DNA of 64,000 nt from Truepera sp. (GTDB taxonomy: Bacteria > Deinococcota > Deinococci > Deinococcales > Trueperaceae), in the NCBI GenBank assembly GCA_965218435.1, contig CBDCKW010000009.1:3712001-3776000 (forward strand), written 5' to 3'. Below are positions 9,012 through 18,543 of the stretch, one piece after another; position 1 is the stretch's first letter, and each line of letters begins with the position of its first letter. The translations under genes were made by a program, and so were the position numbers. Below the pieces are notes generated by a model that made no database searches, was not told the DNA's origin, and was given only the letters and a program-made list of their open reading frames with translations.

Positions 9012-11636
9012 CTAGTTCGCGCTGTTACCCGGCGGTGTAGGGGTAGGTTTTTCGGGCACAGGCTTCGTGGGTACAGGTTTCACAGGCGCGGGTTTCACAG
9101 GCGCGGGTTTCGTAGGCGTGGGTTTTGTGGGTACTGTGCTCCCGCCATTTTGAGGCGTCGTGCTCTGCGTCTTGTTACCCTGAGCACTTGGCTTCGTCGG
9201 CTGCGGGACGCTCTGAGCGTTATCACTTTGAGCTTGTCCCGGAGCATTGTTCGGCTGAGTTTTATTGCCGGTACTACTCTCGGTGTTGCCTTGAGCGGCT
9301 CCGTTTGCAGGCGCTGCGCTCCCCTGCGGGGTTGGCGGCTTAGCTTTACCCGGCGCAGTTTCGTCTGGAGCAGCAACACCTTCGCCGTCTTGAGTCGCGT
9401 TCCCGTTCTGACCCTGATTCGCCCCGTTTCGAGCTTTGCTTTGACCCTGGTCAGTGGCCGCGTTTTGCGCCTTTCCGCTCGGTGTAGTTTTAGCTTCTGT
9501 TTTACCCTGGTTACTTCCAGCTGTGTTTGGTTGGTTGGGACTCGAGGGATTGGTGGCCGCGCCGTTATTTGGCTGGCCCGTCTCGGTCGCCTGTGGGCTC
9601 GAGCTGCCTTGCACGGTCCCGCCGCCACTCGCTGCCGCGCTTGGAACGATACTCGGTACGTTGCCGACCGCTGCGCCGCCGCTCTGGGTCCCGCCACTCT
9701 GGACACCACCGCTCTGAGTAGCATCTTGTGTAGCGGTCGGGGTTTGCGCCGACGCTAACAGGTTTTCGACCGGGAACTTTTTGCGGAGGCCGTCTAGCCA
9801 GGTTTGCTGCGCCTGATTTCGCTGCTGCTGCAACGCGGCTTGCTCAACCTGGGCGCGTACCTCGTCAAAGGGCCGGACCCGTTCGGGGGTACGGGCTGCG
9901 ACGAGCACGACAAACTGTTTTTGGGTTGCGGGCACAGTGGTTCCAGCAGCGGCTCCGCCTGACGCTGTGCCCCCGGAAACTGTGCCGCCGGAAACCGCGC
10001 CGCCCGAAGCTGCGCCCCCGCTGGCACTGCTGAGGGGAACCTCGAGCGTCAACACCTCCGAGATGTCAAAGCCACTTTGACCGAGCGCAGTCATCCCCTG
10101 CTTAAAGTTAAAAAGCACGCTGTCAAGCTGTTTGGGCTGCGCCCCCGGCGAAACGTTGCCGAGGTTTTGGACCGTGCCCCCGGCAGCTTTCGCTGCAATC
10201 CCGGTACTGTCGGTGCTGATGGCGTCGGCCGTCGTCAGAGCTTGGCGAAAGTCTCTAGCTGCCGCCGCCTCAGCGAAGTTGACCCTGGTTGTAAGCGCAC
10301 TGGGCTGCTCGGTATAACGCGCTTTATTGTCGTTGTAAAAGCTCTGAACTTGTGCGGGCGTGACCTTGACGTCGCGGCTCACATACCCGAGCGCACTCTG
10401 CGCCACAGCCGAGTCCGGCCCGGTAAAGGTGCCTTTGAGCGACTTTGCACCCTGAACGGCGAGGTCGGTGTCAATCATCTGCGTTAAGATGTTGGGTTTG
10501 ATTGAACTTTCGATAATCCCGGCAAAGTTCGGATTTAAGAGCTGCTGAATCTGCGGGTTTAGGTAGGTGCTGCGGTCGAGTTCGGCAGCGGTGATCGTCC
10601 GGTCACCGACTTTGGCGACGATGGCATTTTTGTACTGGTAGCTGCTGCCTGCCGGTGAAGTGATGTCGGCGCTGGCTTTCAGGGTCCGCAGCGCATTCTC
10701 CTCAGCGGCAGCTTTTTGCAGGTCGGTCAGGTCTTTTTCGACCTCGCTCCGCACGTCTGTCAGGGGTTTTGTTCCAGCGGGCGTATACGCCTCAACTTTG
10801 ACGATGTGATAGACGCCGCCCGCTTGGGTGGGCGTGGTTAAACCGGGGCCTTGCAGCGCGAAAGCCGCTTGCGACACGGCGGTCGGGAGGGCGACGCTGG
10901 TTACAGGTTTAGGTGTGCTTTCACCTTCGGCTGCGCCGAGTGCGCCGCCCTGCTCGGCGCGCTCTGTGGAGTTGTCGCGGGCAAGCCCCGCGAAATCGGC
11001 TCCGGCGAGCGCCTGCGCGTACAGGGCGTTGGCTTTGCTCTCGTCGGCAACGACGATTTCACGCGCGGTAATCCGCGGTTCACTCTGATAAGCCTGCTGA
11101 TTGGCCTCGTAATAGGTCTGAATCTCGGCGTCGGTTGGCGTGGTATCAGCCGTCAGACCGGCTAAATACTTCTCTTGCTGCAGCTGCTGACGGATAAGGT
11201 CGCGGAAGGTTCCGTCGGTGTAACCTGCCCCGGCGAGGAGGTTTTGATAGGCGCGGTCGTTGCGGCTCCCGGCGACGCCCTGCTGCCCGCGGAACTCGTT
11301 GACGCGCGTTCTGACCTCACCGCTCGAGACACTGATGTCCGCCGCCGCTTGTTGCAGCAACGTCTGCGTTACCAGCTGATCTAACAAGACGAGCTGTAAA
11401 TCTTGGGCCACCGGACCTTCTTGTACCGCGTTAAAGGGCGGGTTTTGCTCGAGGCGCTGTACCTGCAGTTCACGGATCGGTTCATCATTAACGGTGAGGG
11501 CCACCGGCCCTTCGGCGGCCTCTTGCTGGGTACCCCGGTTCCCGAACAGTCTCCCTGGGGTAAAACTGATGACCATACTGACGAGTAGACCGATGGCGAC
11601 GATCCACAAGATGATATTTCGGTTGCGTTGGCTCAT
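9012..11636 (-). CDS. SurA/PrsA/PpiD-like membrane-anchored peptidyl-prolyl isomerase/chaperone with long low-complexity C-tail
   Basis: N-terminal TM helix, SurA-N-like helices, parvulin motif (FAGLARDNS...GGALG...YHIVKV), second degenerate repeat, roughly 240-aa Q/N/P/G/T-rich tail. Confidence 0.8.
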   Translation of the reverse strand: MSQRNRNIILWIVAIGLLVSMVISFTPGRLFGNRGTQQEAAEGPVALTVNDEPIRELQVQRLEQNPPFNAVQEGPVAQDLQLVLLDQLVTQTLLQQAAADISVSSGEVRTRVNEFRGQQGVAGSRNDRAYQNLLAGAGYTDGTFRDLIRQQLQQEKYLAGLTADTTPTDAEIQTYYEANQQAYQSEPRITAREIVVADESKANALYAQALAGADFAGLARDNSTERAEQGGALGAAEGESTPKPVTSVALPTAVSQAAFALQGPGLTTPTQAGGVYHIVKVEAYTPAGTKPLTDVRSEVEKDLTDLQKAAAEENALRTLKASADITSPAGSSYQYKNAIVAKVGDRTITAAELDRSTYLNPQIQQLLNPNFAGIIESSIKPNILTQMIDTDLAVQGAKSLKGTFTGPDSAVAQSALGYVSRDVKVTPAQVQSFYNDNKARYTEQPSALTTRVNFAEAAAARDFRQALTTADAISTDSTGIAAKAAGGTVQNLGNVSPGAQPKQLDSVLFNFKQGMTALGQSGFDISEVLTLEVPLSSASGGAASGGAVSGGTVSGGTASGGAAAGTTVPATQKQFVVLVAARTPERVRPFDEVRAQVEQAALQQQRNQAQQTWLDGLRKKFPVENLLASAQTPTATQDATQSGGVQSGGTQSGGAAVGNVPSIVPSAAASGGGTVQGSSSPQATETGQPNNGAATNPSSPNQPNTAGSNQGKTEAKTTPSGKAQNAATDQGQSKARNGANQGQNGNATQDGEGVAAPDETAPGKAKPPTPQGSAAPANGAAQGNTESSTGNKTQPNNAPGQAQSDNAQSVPQPTKPSAQGNKTQSTTPQNGGSTVPTKPTPTKPAPVKPAPVKPVPTKPVPEKPTPTPPGNSAN

Positions 11637-11757
11637 AGGCGCTGACTCATACTCTGGCTTTGACTCATAACTGGGTAACGTCCTCCTGCTAACGGGTAGC
11701 GTTTTTCTGGCTTTAGGGGTATCATCTTTAGTGCCTTGGCGCTTAGCTTCGGCACCT

Positions 11758-11787
11758 GGTAGACCAAGTCACGGTAGACCAAGTCAC
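11758..11787. repeat. Perfect 15-bp tandem duplication
   Basis: ggtagaccaagtcac x2, just upstream of the tRNA. Confidence 0.9.
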
Positions 11788-11809
11788 TGATGATACCAGT
11801 AATCTGTTT

Positions 11810-11886
11810 GCGCCCGTAGCTCAGCCGGATAGAGCGTTCGCCTCCGGAGCGAAAGGCCACAGGTTCGAATCCTGTCGGGCGCACCA
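11810..11886 (+). tRNA. tRNA-Arg (anticodon CCG)
   Basis: Acceptor stem gcgcccg/cgggcgc, D-arm gctc...gagc, anticodon arm ttcgc-ctCCGga-gcgaa, GGTTCGAATCC T-loop, encoded CCA. Confidence 0.97.
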
Positions 11887-12095
11887 CCCCTCTAAAACAG
11901 CAAGAAGTGTAACACGCAGCCTCGTTAAGCTGCGTGAAACGTTGGCTGTGCTTGGCTAAACGCTCAGCTTAGCCGGAGCACATCTCTAAAACACCTTTAA
12001 CCGTATGCAACAAGGCTTTAGGTTGACCTACTGCTCATCACGGCTTGCCCGCTCCGAAAAGTTTTTCACGCTGCGCTGCTCAGCAGTGACAAAGC

Positions 12096-13145
12096 TCAAA
12101 CGCTCGGCTCGTCACCGACTTTGACGAGCTGCTTACCGAGGTTGTCCCCTCCAAGCATCCCGATCAACGCTTCCGGTGCATTTTCAATCCCTTTGGCGAC
12201 CGTCTCACGCTGTTTGACCTTACCTTCTTTGAGCCAGCCGCTCATCTCCTCTATAAAGGACGGCATACGCGCCAGATGGTCCGAGACTATAAAACCTTGT
12301 AAACTGAGCCGTTTGCTGGTGATAAGCGGCAGGTTGCGGGGGCCGGGGCGCGGCGTTTTGTCGTTGTAGTGAGAGATCATGCCGCAGACCGTCATACGCC
12401 CGAAGTCGTTCATATGGTTGAGGACAGCCTCGAGCAGCTCGCCACCGACGTTTTCAAAGTTCAGGTCAATCCCGTCCGGGCAGCTCTCTGCCAGGGCTTG
12501 GTTTAGGGGCGCGGTCTTGTAGTTGAAAGCGTCGTCAAAGCCCAGGTCGTTTTTTAGATAGTCGATCTTTTCGTCTGAACCCGCCGTCCCGACCACGCGG
12601 CAGCCTTTAAGCTTAGCAATTTGCCCGACTGCGCTGCCGACCGCGCCCGCCGCCGCCGAGACAAAAACGTTGTCGCCCGTTTGCAGCTTGCCAATATCAA
12701 AGAGCCCGACATACGCCGTCAGTCCGGTGACGCCCAAGATACTCAGGTAGTAGGGGAGTGGAGCGCCGTCTGCGGTGAGTTTGCGGACGCCTTCACCCTC
12801 GGCGAGCGTATAGTTTTCCCAACCGAACATTCCCGTCACCAGGTCGCCTTCGCTAAAGTTGTCGTGTTTGGACGCCACCACTTCACCCACCGCCTGACCC
12901 TGCAAGACCTCACCAAGTTGAAAAGGCGGCGTGTAAGATTTCACGTCGTTCATCCGGCCACGCATATAGGGGTCGAGTGAGAGCCAGATATTGCGCACCA
13001 CGATGTGACCGTCTCGAACGTCGGGAACAGGGTTATGCACCGTCTTAAAATTGTCTAGCGTAACCTCGCCTTGGGGACGGCTCGAGAGTAAAATCTGCGT
13101 ATTTTGCGCTGTCTGCTGCGCTGTGTTTGGTGCTGCTCGAGGCAT
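12096..13145 (-). CDS. NADP-dependent oxidoreductase (prostaglandin reductase/CurA-like MDR family)
   Basis: LSLDPYMRGRM, GLTAYVGL, VSAAAGAVGS, FENVGG, CGMISHYN, GKQLV. Confidence 0.92.
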   Translation of the reverse strand: MPRAAPNTAQQTAQNTQILLSSRPQGEVTLDNFKTVHNPVPDVRDGHIVVRNIWLSLDPYMRGRMNDVKSYTPPFQLGEVLQGQAVGEVVASKHDNFSEGDLVTGMFGWENYTLAEGEGVRKLTADGAPLPYYLSILGVTGLTAYVGLFDIGKLQTGDNVFVSAAAGAVGSAVGQIAKLKGCRVVGTAGSDEKIDYLKNDLGFDDAFNYKTAPLNQALAESCPDGIDLNFENVGGELLEAVLNHMNDFGRMTVCGMISHYNDKTPRPGPRNLPLITSKRLSLQGFIVSDHLARMPSFIEEMSGWLKEGKVKQRETVAKGIENAPEALIGMLGGDNLGKQLVKVGDEPSV

Positions 13146-13784
13146 AAAGCTCCCTTCCAGCGTTCACTATAGGAGCAGAGAGGGGGCGTGACTGTAGACC
13201 GGGCAGGGCTTACGCGGCTGGAGTCGCGCCAAGGAGAGCTCTAATCTCGAGCTCTGGCCGCTGCGCTCCGATCTATCTGCGCCTCGCTAAAACGTGTTTT
13301 AGAGCCGGGCTACCCCTTTGAGTTCTCCGAACTCGGGCCTGCCTTATGTGATTTGCTCGAGCTTTCCGAGGCCCCGTCATAAATCCCGGTCATACATGAG
13401 AGGCTTACGAACCCTGATCAAAGCCGGTCATCGCTAAAGCTAACGTCAAAAAGTAACCCGCTGAAGCTTGGTTTCAGCGGGCCGCTTGTGAGCTACCCTA
13501 TTTTTAGGAGGCGTAACTCTGCACCGCCGCTGCCCCCAGCGGTATTCGGCAGTCTAACCGTCCTCAGTTTGTCCAGGTAGATACAGTTGCACTAAAAATA
13601 TAGGACTTAGTGCCGAGAGGACTGACAGCTCGAGTATCACTCTGAGCAACGCCCAGCTCTTCGCCCACAGGCTCTTTGAAACCCACCGTCTATTCGTTCT
13701 GCTCGAGACGTAAAAACGCCTCTCGTACTCGTTACAGATAACGCGACCGTGCAGCAAAACGTAGCACCGCCTGCCATAACAAAC

Positions 13785-13805
13785 CAAACTGTACTGTACA
13801 TGTTG
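13785..13805. promoter_or_regulatory. Putative TetR operator palindrome
   Basis: caaacTGTACtGTACAtgttg directly upstream of the TetR HTH coding region. Confidence 0.5.
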
Positions 13806-14444
13806 ATTTATTACCATGACGCTCGAACCCAAACTTCTCCCGAATCTCTCAGAACTCAGGCTAAACGAAACCGGATGATCCAGGCCGCGAGGACGCTGTT
13901 TCTAACCCAAGGTTACGCCCGCACCACTATGGACGCCATCACAAGGGCGGCGGGCGTCAGCAAACAAACGCTTTACGTTTACTTTCCCGGTAAAGCCGAG
14001 CTTTTGGCCGCCGTCGTCGCCCAGGAACTCGGCGCCCTCAGCGTGTATGAAGGGACGCAGGTGCCCGAAACCCTGGCGGCGTTTCGCGCGAAGCTGCTCG
14101 CATTTGCCGGTGCGCTGACAGGCCAACTGATGCAAGACGAGGCGGTGGCCTTGCTGCGGCTTCTCTTAGGCGAAGCGTTTCATATGCCTGAACTGCGCAG
14201 CCTGGTACCTCAGACCTTTCCGGCGCGGCTCCTCGTCATCACCGAAACCCTCGTCCGCAAGGCTCATGAACAGAGGCTAATCAGCGCCCCCCAGCCTGAG
14301 CTGAGCGCCCGGATGTTTATCGGTCCGGTGATGAGCTTTGTGATGCTCGACGGCTTTTTTAGTCCCGCGTTACCCACACCACCCTCGGCAGAAACCCTGA
14401 CGCAAATCGTTGACGCTTTTTTGCTCACTGTAGCTGTGCCGTAA
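13800..14444 (+). CDS. TetR/AcrR family regulator (start uncertain; possible N-terminal frameshift)
   Basis: HTH AARTLFLTQGYARTTMDAITRAAGVSKQTLYVYFPGK. Confidence 0.85.
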   Translation: MLIYYHDARTQTSPESLRTQAKRNRMIQAARTLFLTQGYARTTMDAITRAAGVSKQTLYVYFPGKAELLAAVVAQELGALSVYEGTQVPETLAAFRAKLLAFAGALTGQLMQDEAVALLRLLLGEAFHMPELRSLVPQTFPARLLVITETLVRKAHEQRLISAPQPELSARMFIGPVMSFVMLDGFFSPALPTPPSAETLTQIVDAFLLTVAVP

Positions 14445-14471
14445 TTATCCCGTAGCCAAAGGAGGCTAACT

Positions 14472-16208
14472 ATGTCAGCACAAACGACCCGAGAAACGCT
14501 AAAAGAAACGTGTGAAGTCCTTGTAGTTGGAGCCGGTCCAACCGGGCTGATGGCCGCGAACTTGCTCAAGCGGCGCGGCGTAGACGTTCGCCTGGTCGAA
14601 CAGCGGGCCGCAGCCTCGAGCGAGTCCCGCGCCTTTGCGATTCAAGCGCGTTCGGTGGAGCTCTTTGAGCATATGGGTATCGTCGACGAGTTTCTGGCTC
14701 AGGGTGTGCTCAACCCCGGCGTCGAGTTCTACGTCGGTAAGCGTCACCTCGGTGGGCTGAATTTTGATAAAGCAGCCTCGCCGGATACGCCCTACGGGTT
14801 TATCTTTATGCTGCCGCAGTCGCACACCGAAGCCATTTTGATCAAAGATTCGGAGCGCCTGGGCCTCGAGGTTGAATGTGAGGTCACCGTCACCGGACTG
14901 ACCCAAGACGAGGGCGGGGTCAGCGTACAAGCGACCACCAAGGGCGGCCGAGAGCGGACGATTCGCAGCCGTTACGTCGTCGGGGCAGACGGGGCGCACA
15001 GCGTCGTCCGCAAAGCGTTAGGGCTGAGCTTTGAGGGTTCGAGGTTTCAAGCTGCGTTTTTGCTCGCGGACTGTCAGGTTCACTGGCCGCTCGATCACGC
15101 CCACTTCCGCGTCTTTATGAACGGAGGCTCGACCGCCTTTTTCTTGCCACTTGGCGGGGCCAACCGCTCGCGCGTGATGACAACCGACCGCAGAGACAAA
15201 GGCAGAGATAAACACAGCAGTCAGGTCAACCGTAACGGCCCGAACGCGGCGTCTTCAGAGCTCGGGCTTAAAGAGCTCGAGACGGCCTTTCAAGCGGTGA
15301 CCGACATGGACGTGACGCTCAGCGACGCCGTGTAGACTTCGCGTTACAGCATCAACCACCGGGGCGTAGACTGCTACCGTAGCGGGCGCGTCTTTGTCGC
15401 GGGTGACGCCGCCCACAGCCATTCACCCGCAGGCGGGCAGGGCATGAATACCGGTTTGCAAGATTCCGCCAACCTCGCCTGGAAACTCGCCTCGGTCATC
15501 CGTGACGACGCGCCGGACACGCTGCTAGGAACCTACGACGCCGAGCGCAGGCCGGTCGGTGAGCGGGTGGTGGCGACGACCGACCGGTTGTTTCAGGCGG
15601 CGGCGGGTGGTACCGGTTTAGTAGCAACGGTGCGCGACTGGCTCGCGCGGCCCGCAGCGGCGGCGGTGACCAAATCCGACGCGCTCCAGCACCGGGCGTT
15701 TCGGGCGCTGTCTGAGCTCGACATCAGCTATGAAGGCGACTTTTTAGAGGACGCTGCCTTGTCACTCAAAGCGGGGCCGAGCGCCGGACACCGTGCGCCG
15801 AACGCAGCCGTTTCAAGGCACCAAGACGTGTTTGACCTGACTGCCGGGTACGGCTTTACCGTCTTGGCGCTGGCGCACAAACCCCTCGAGCATAACGAGG
15901 CGCACCGCGTCGCCGATGAACTCGGTAAGCTCTCCGGCAAAAATGTAAAAACGCAGCTCATCTCCCGGTTGGCGGTGGGCCAAGACCCGCGCGTGGTGTT
16001 CGTCTCGTCGGCTGAGGTCTTCCGCGCCTACGGGCTGACGGGGCTCGAGCAGCAGGCGCTCTACGTGGTGCGGCCTGACGGATACGTCGCTTGGCGCTGC
16101 GACGGATTCGACTTTGAGGCGTGTGGGCGGTTTTTGGAACGTTTCGGGTTGAGTAGTGCTACCAACCAGGCTGTAAACCATGCCGCAGCTGAAAGCGTCG
16201 CTGCTTGA
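14472..16208 (+). pseudogene. FAD-dependent monooxygenase interrupted by in-frame TAG
   Basis: VLVVGAGPTG and GADGAHS lie before TAG at 15333-15335. The frame continues TSRYSINHRG...RVFVAGDAAHSHSPAGGQGMNTGLQD...VRPDGYVAW. Confidence 0.9.
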
Positions 16209-16218
16209 GTTATAAGGG

Positions 16219-16251
16219 GATTACACCCAAGAGATTACACCCAAGAGATTA
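16219..16251. repeat. 14-bp tandem repeat (about 2.4 copies)
   Basis: gattacacccaaga x2 plus gatta. Confidence 0.9.
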
Positions 16252-16323
16252 AACTCGGGAGAGCGCACCGGTAGGGACGCTTATAGTAAGGAGTATGATG
16301 ACTTTGACGCAAAGAAACGCAGC

Positions 16324-16983
16324 ATGGCGCTCCAAGTAATCGGGGCCGGGTTCGGGCGTACGGGCACGATGTCCTTAAAGGCGGCGCTCGAGGAGCTCGG
16401 CTTTGCTAAGTGCTACCATATGCAAGAGGTTTTCAAAAACTCCGGCGACGCCCCCATTTGGCAGGCCGCCGCTGAGGGGAAGCTGGTTGACTGGGACGCG
16501 CTTTTAGAAGGCTATCAAGCAACCGTAGACTGGCCCGGTTGCACGTTTTACCAAGACTTTATGACACGCTACCCCGACGCCAAGGTGCTCTTAAACGTCC
16601 GTGACCCCGACGCGTGGTATCAGAGCATGACCAATACGGTCTACCGCGCGAGCCGCCCCAGTTTTCCTAAGTCGCTCGTGCCGCTTTTTGTCCCGCGTTT
16701 GAGGCGCTTTATTCGGATGACCCAAGTGCTCATCTGGCAAAAGACCTTTCACAACCGCTTTGGTGACAAAGCCTACGCCCTAAAAGTTTTCGACGACCAC
16801 ATCGCCGAGGTCAAAAGGGTCGTGCCCGCCGACAAGCTCCTCATTTACGAGGTTAAAGAGGGCTGGGAACCGCTCTGTGCGTTTTTAGGGGTGCCTGTGC
16901 CCGACAAGCCCTTCCCCCGGCTGAACGACTCGGCTTCGTTTAACCGGCGAGCGGGGCCGGGTCTTTTTCGGCGGCGCTCGTAA
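16324..16983 (+). CDS. Sulfotransferase family protein (P-loop, Sulfotransfer_4-like)
   Basis: VIGAGFGRTGTMSLKAALEELG, CYHM, VDWP, VRDPDAWYQS, GWEPLCAFLG, PFPRLN. Confidence 0.88.
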   Translation: MALQVIGAGFGRTGTMSLKAALEELGFAKCYHMQEVFKNSGDAPIWQAAAEGKLVDWDALLEGYQATVDWPGCTFYQDFMTRYPDAKVLLNVRDPDAWYQSMTNTVYRASRPSFPKSLVPLFVPRLRRFIRMTQVLIWQKTFHNRFGDKAYALKVFDDHIAEVKRVVPADKLLIYEVKEGWEPLCAFLGVPVPDKPFPRLNDSASFNRRAGPGLFRRRS

Positions 16984-17060
16984 TTTGCCCAAACGCAAAC
17001 CGTGTTAGAAAACTGCGTTAGCGTAGACAAAGCTGAGGCGAATATGTTACACCTACACTT

Positions 17061-17117
17061 ATGACCGTGAGCACCAGCTTTTGTACTGCTTATTTTGCGG
17101 GGTATTGGCTCGGCTGA
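17061..17117 (+). CDS. Putative aromatic-amino-acid leader peptide MTVSTSFCTAYFAGYWLG
   Basis: 5 of the last 12 codons are Phe/Tyr/Trp. It lies 128 nt upstream of DAHP synthase and is followed by alternative hairpins and a U-tailed terminator. Confidence 0.75.
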   Translation: MTVSTSFCTAYFAGYWLG

Positions 17118-17158
17118 AGCCGGGAGGACGCCACGCACTAAAAACATGTGATTGGCCG

Positions 17159-17185
17159 CGCCCGGAACCTCCGGGCGTATTTTTT
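17159..17185 (+). terminator. Attenuator terminator hairpin
   Basis: cgcccgga-acc-tccgggcg followed by tatttttt, between the leader ORF and the DAHP synthase start. Confidence 0.8.
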
Positions 17186-17245
17186 GGCCGTCTGCGCAGC
17201 TGTTCTGTATAAAAGCTGAGGTATCAGGGTAAAGAGGAGTTAACT

Positions 17246-18319
17246 ATGAAGCGCGTCGAAAACCTCAACGTTTCCCGGATTGAACCGCTGAGTCCGCCCG
17301 AGATGCTTAAAAAGGCGCTGCCTGCGTCCGAACGGGTCAATCAGACCGTGGCTGCGGGCCGCGCGGCGATTCGCCGGGTTTTGCATAAAGAAGACCCTCG
17401 GCTGCTGGTGATCGCGGGGCCTTGTTCGGTCCATGACGCGGGGTTGGCACTCGAGTACGCCCGCCGCCTAGCCACGCTTCAAGCACGTTTTCAGGACCGC
17501 CTTCTGATCGTCATGCGCGTCTACTTCGACAAACCGCGGACCACGGTCGGCTGGCGCGGGTTTATGAACGACCCGGAGATTGACGGCTCAAACAACTTGG
17601 AAACCGGCCTCAAAAAAACGCGTGAGCTGCTCTTACAAGTTAACGAACTCGGCCTGCCGGTCGCCACGGAGATTTTAGACCCGTTTATCCCACAGTATCT
17701 CTCCGACTTGTTGGCGTGGGGAGCCATCGGCGCACGTACAACCGAATCGCAGACGCACCGGGCGATGGTCAGCGGCTTATCCGTGCCAGTCGGCTTCAAA
17801 AACAGCACCGAAGGCAACATTCAGCTCGCAGTGGACGCGGTAGCCTCTTCGGGTCAGCCGCACACCTTTCTAGGCATTGATCAGGCCGGGCAAGCCGCCG
17901 TAGTCTATACCAAGGGTAACCCCGACTGTCACGTGATCTTGCGCGGGGGCCGCGCCGGACCGAACTACGCCGCGCCTTTTGCTGCTGAAGCCGGGGAGAA
18001 GCTCCGTAAAGCCGGACTCAACCCGGCCCTGATTGTAGACTGCAGCCACCACAACTCCGGCTACGACTTCCGCGAACAGGCGACCGTTTGGGAGAGCGTG
18101 CTAGAACAGCGCGCCGCCGGAAACCGTGATCTGGTGGGAATGATGCTCGAGAGCAACCTCTCAGAAGGTAAACAGGCGATTCCGGCTGACCTCAAAGACT
18201 TGCAGGTCGGCGTCTCGCTGACCGACTCGTGCGTCGGCTGGGAGGCAACCGAAAAGCTCTTACAAGAAGGCTACGATACGCTGCAAAACGCTCCTGAAAC
18301 GGTGTCGGTTGGCCGTTGA
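17246..18319 (+). CDS. 3-deoxy-7-phosphoheptulonate (DAHP) synthase, class I-alpha (AroF/G/H type)
   Basis: GPCSVHD, MRVYFDKPRTTVGWRG, IGARTTESQTHR, GFKN, DCSHHNS, GMMLES, SLTDSC. Confidence 0.96.
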   Translation: MKRVENLNVSRIEPLSPPEMLKKALPASERVNQTVAAGRAAIRRVLHKEDPRLLVIAGPCSVHDAGLALEYARRLATLQARFQDRLLIVMRVYFDKPRTTVGWRGFMNDPEIDGSNNLETGLKKTRELLLQVNELGLPVATEILDPFIPQYLSDLLAWGAIGARTTESQTHRAMVSGLSVPVGFKNSTEGNIQLAVDAVASSGQPHTFLGIDQAGQAAVVYTKGNPDCHVILRGGRAGPNYAAPFAAEAGEKLRKAGLNPALIVDCSHHNSGYDFREQATVWESVLEQRAAGNRDLVGMMLESNLSEGKQAIPADLKDLQVGVSLTDSCVGWEATEKLLQEGYDTLQNAPETVSVGR

Positions 18320-18352
18320 CCTGCCCTGGTTGACCTGCTCTACTTGACCTAC
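18316..18352. repeat. Degenerate 14-bp-period repeat at the gene 3' end
   Basis: ttgacctgc (18316), ttgacctgc (18330), ttgacctac (18344). Confidence 0.7.
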
Positions 18353-18543
18353 AGATATGAGTTCGTTCATACAGCGCTGCTCAACCGCTTCGCTTGGGCG
18401 TATTACCGGTGACCGAAACTTGTGCCACATGTCCACGGCTCAGGCTGCTCGAGGCCGTGGACGTCTTTATCAGCTTAAAAAGTACCGCAGTGCCCTCGCT
18501 TCACAGTAACTTTCGGGGTAGCCTAAACCTCTAAAGGTGCTTT

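Noticed and set aside
11633..11887. 84-aa minus-strand ORF
   Set aside because: Antisense shadow of tRNA-Arg (MVRPTGFEPVAF is the typical reverse-tRNA translation)
15333..15335. Stop-codon reassignment or read-through (TAG as Trp/Pyl) explaining the in-frame stops
   Set aside because: TAG terminates many intact genes here (nrdJ, purH, ffh, htrA), and the MazF lesion is TAA. Ordinary nonsense mutations are simpler.
11886..17000. Integrative element at the tRNA-Arg 3' end
   Set aside because: No integrase, and I found no duplicated tRNA 3' end (attR) in the window
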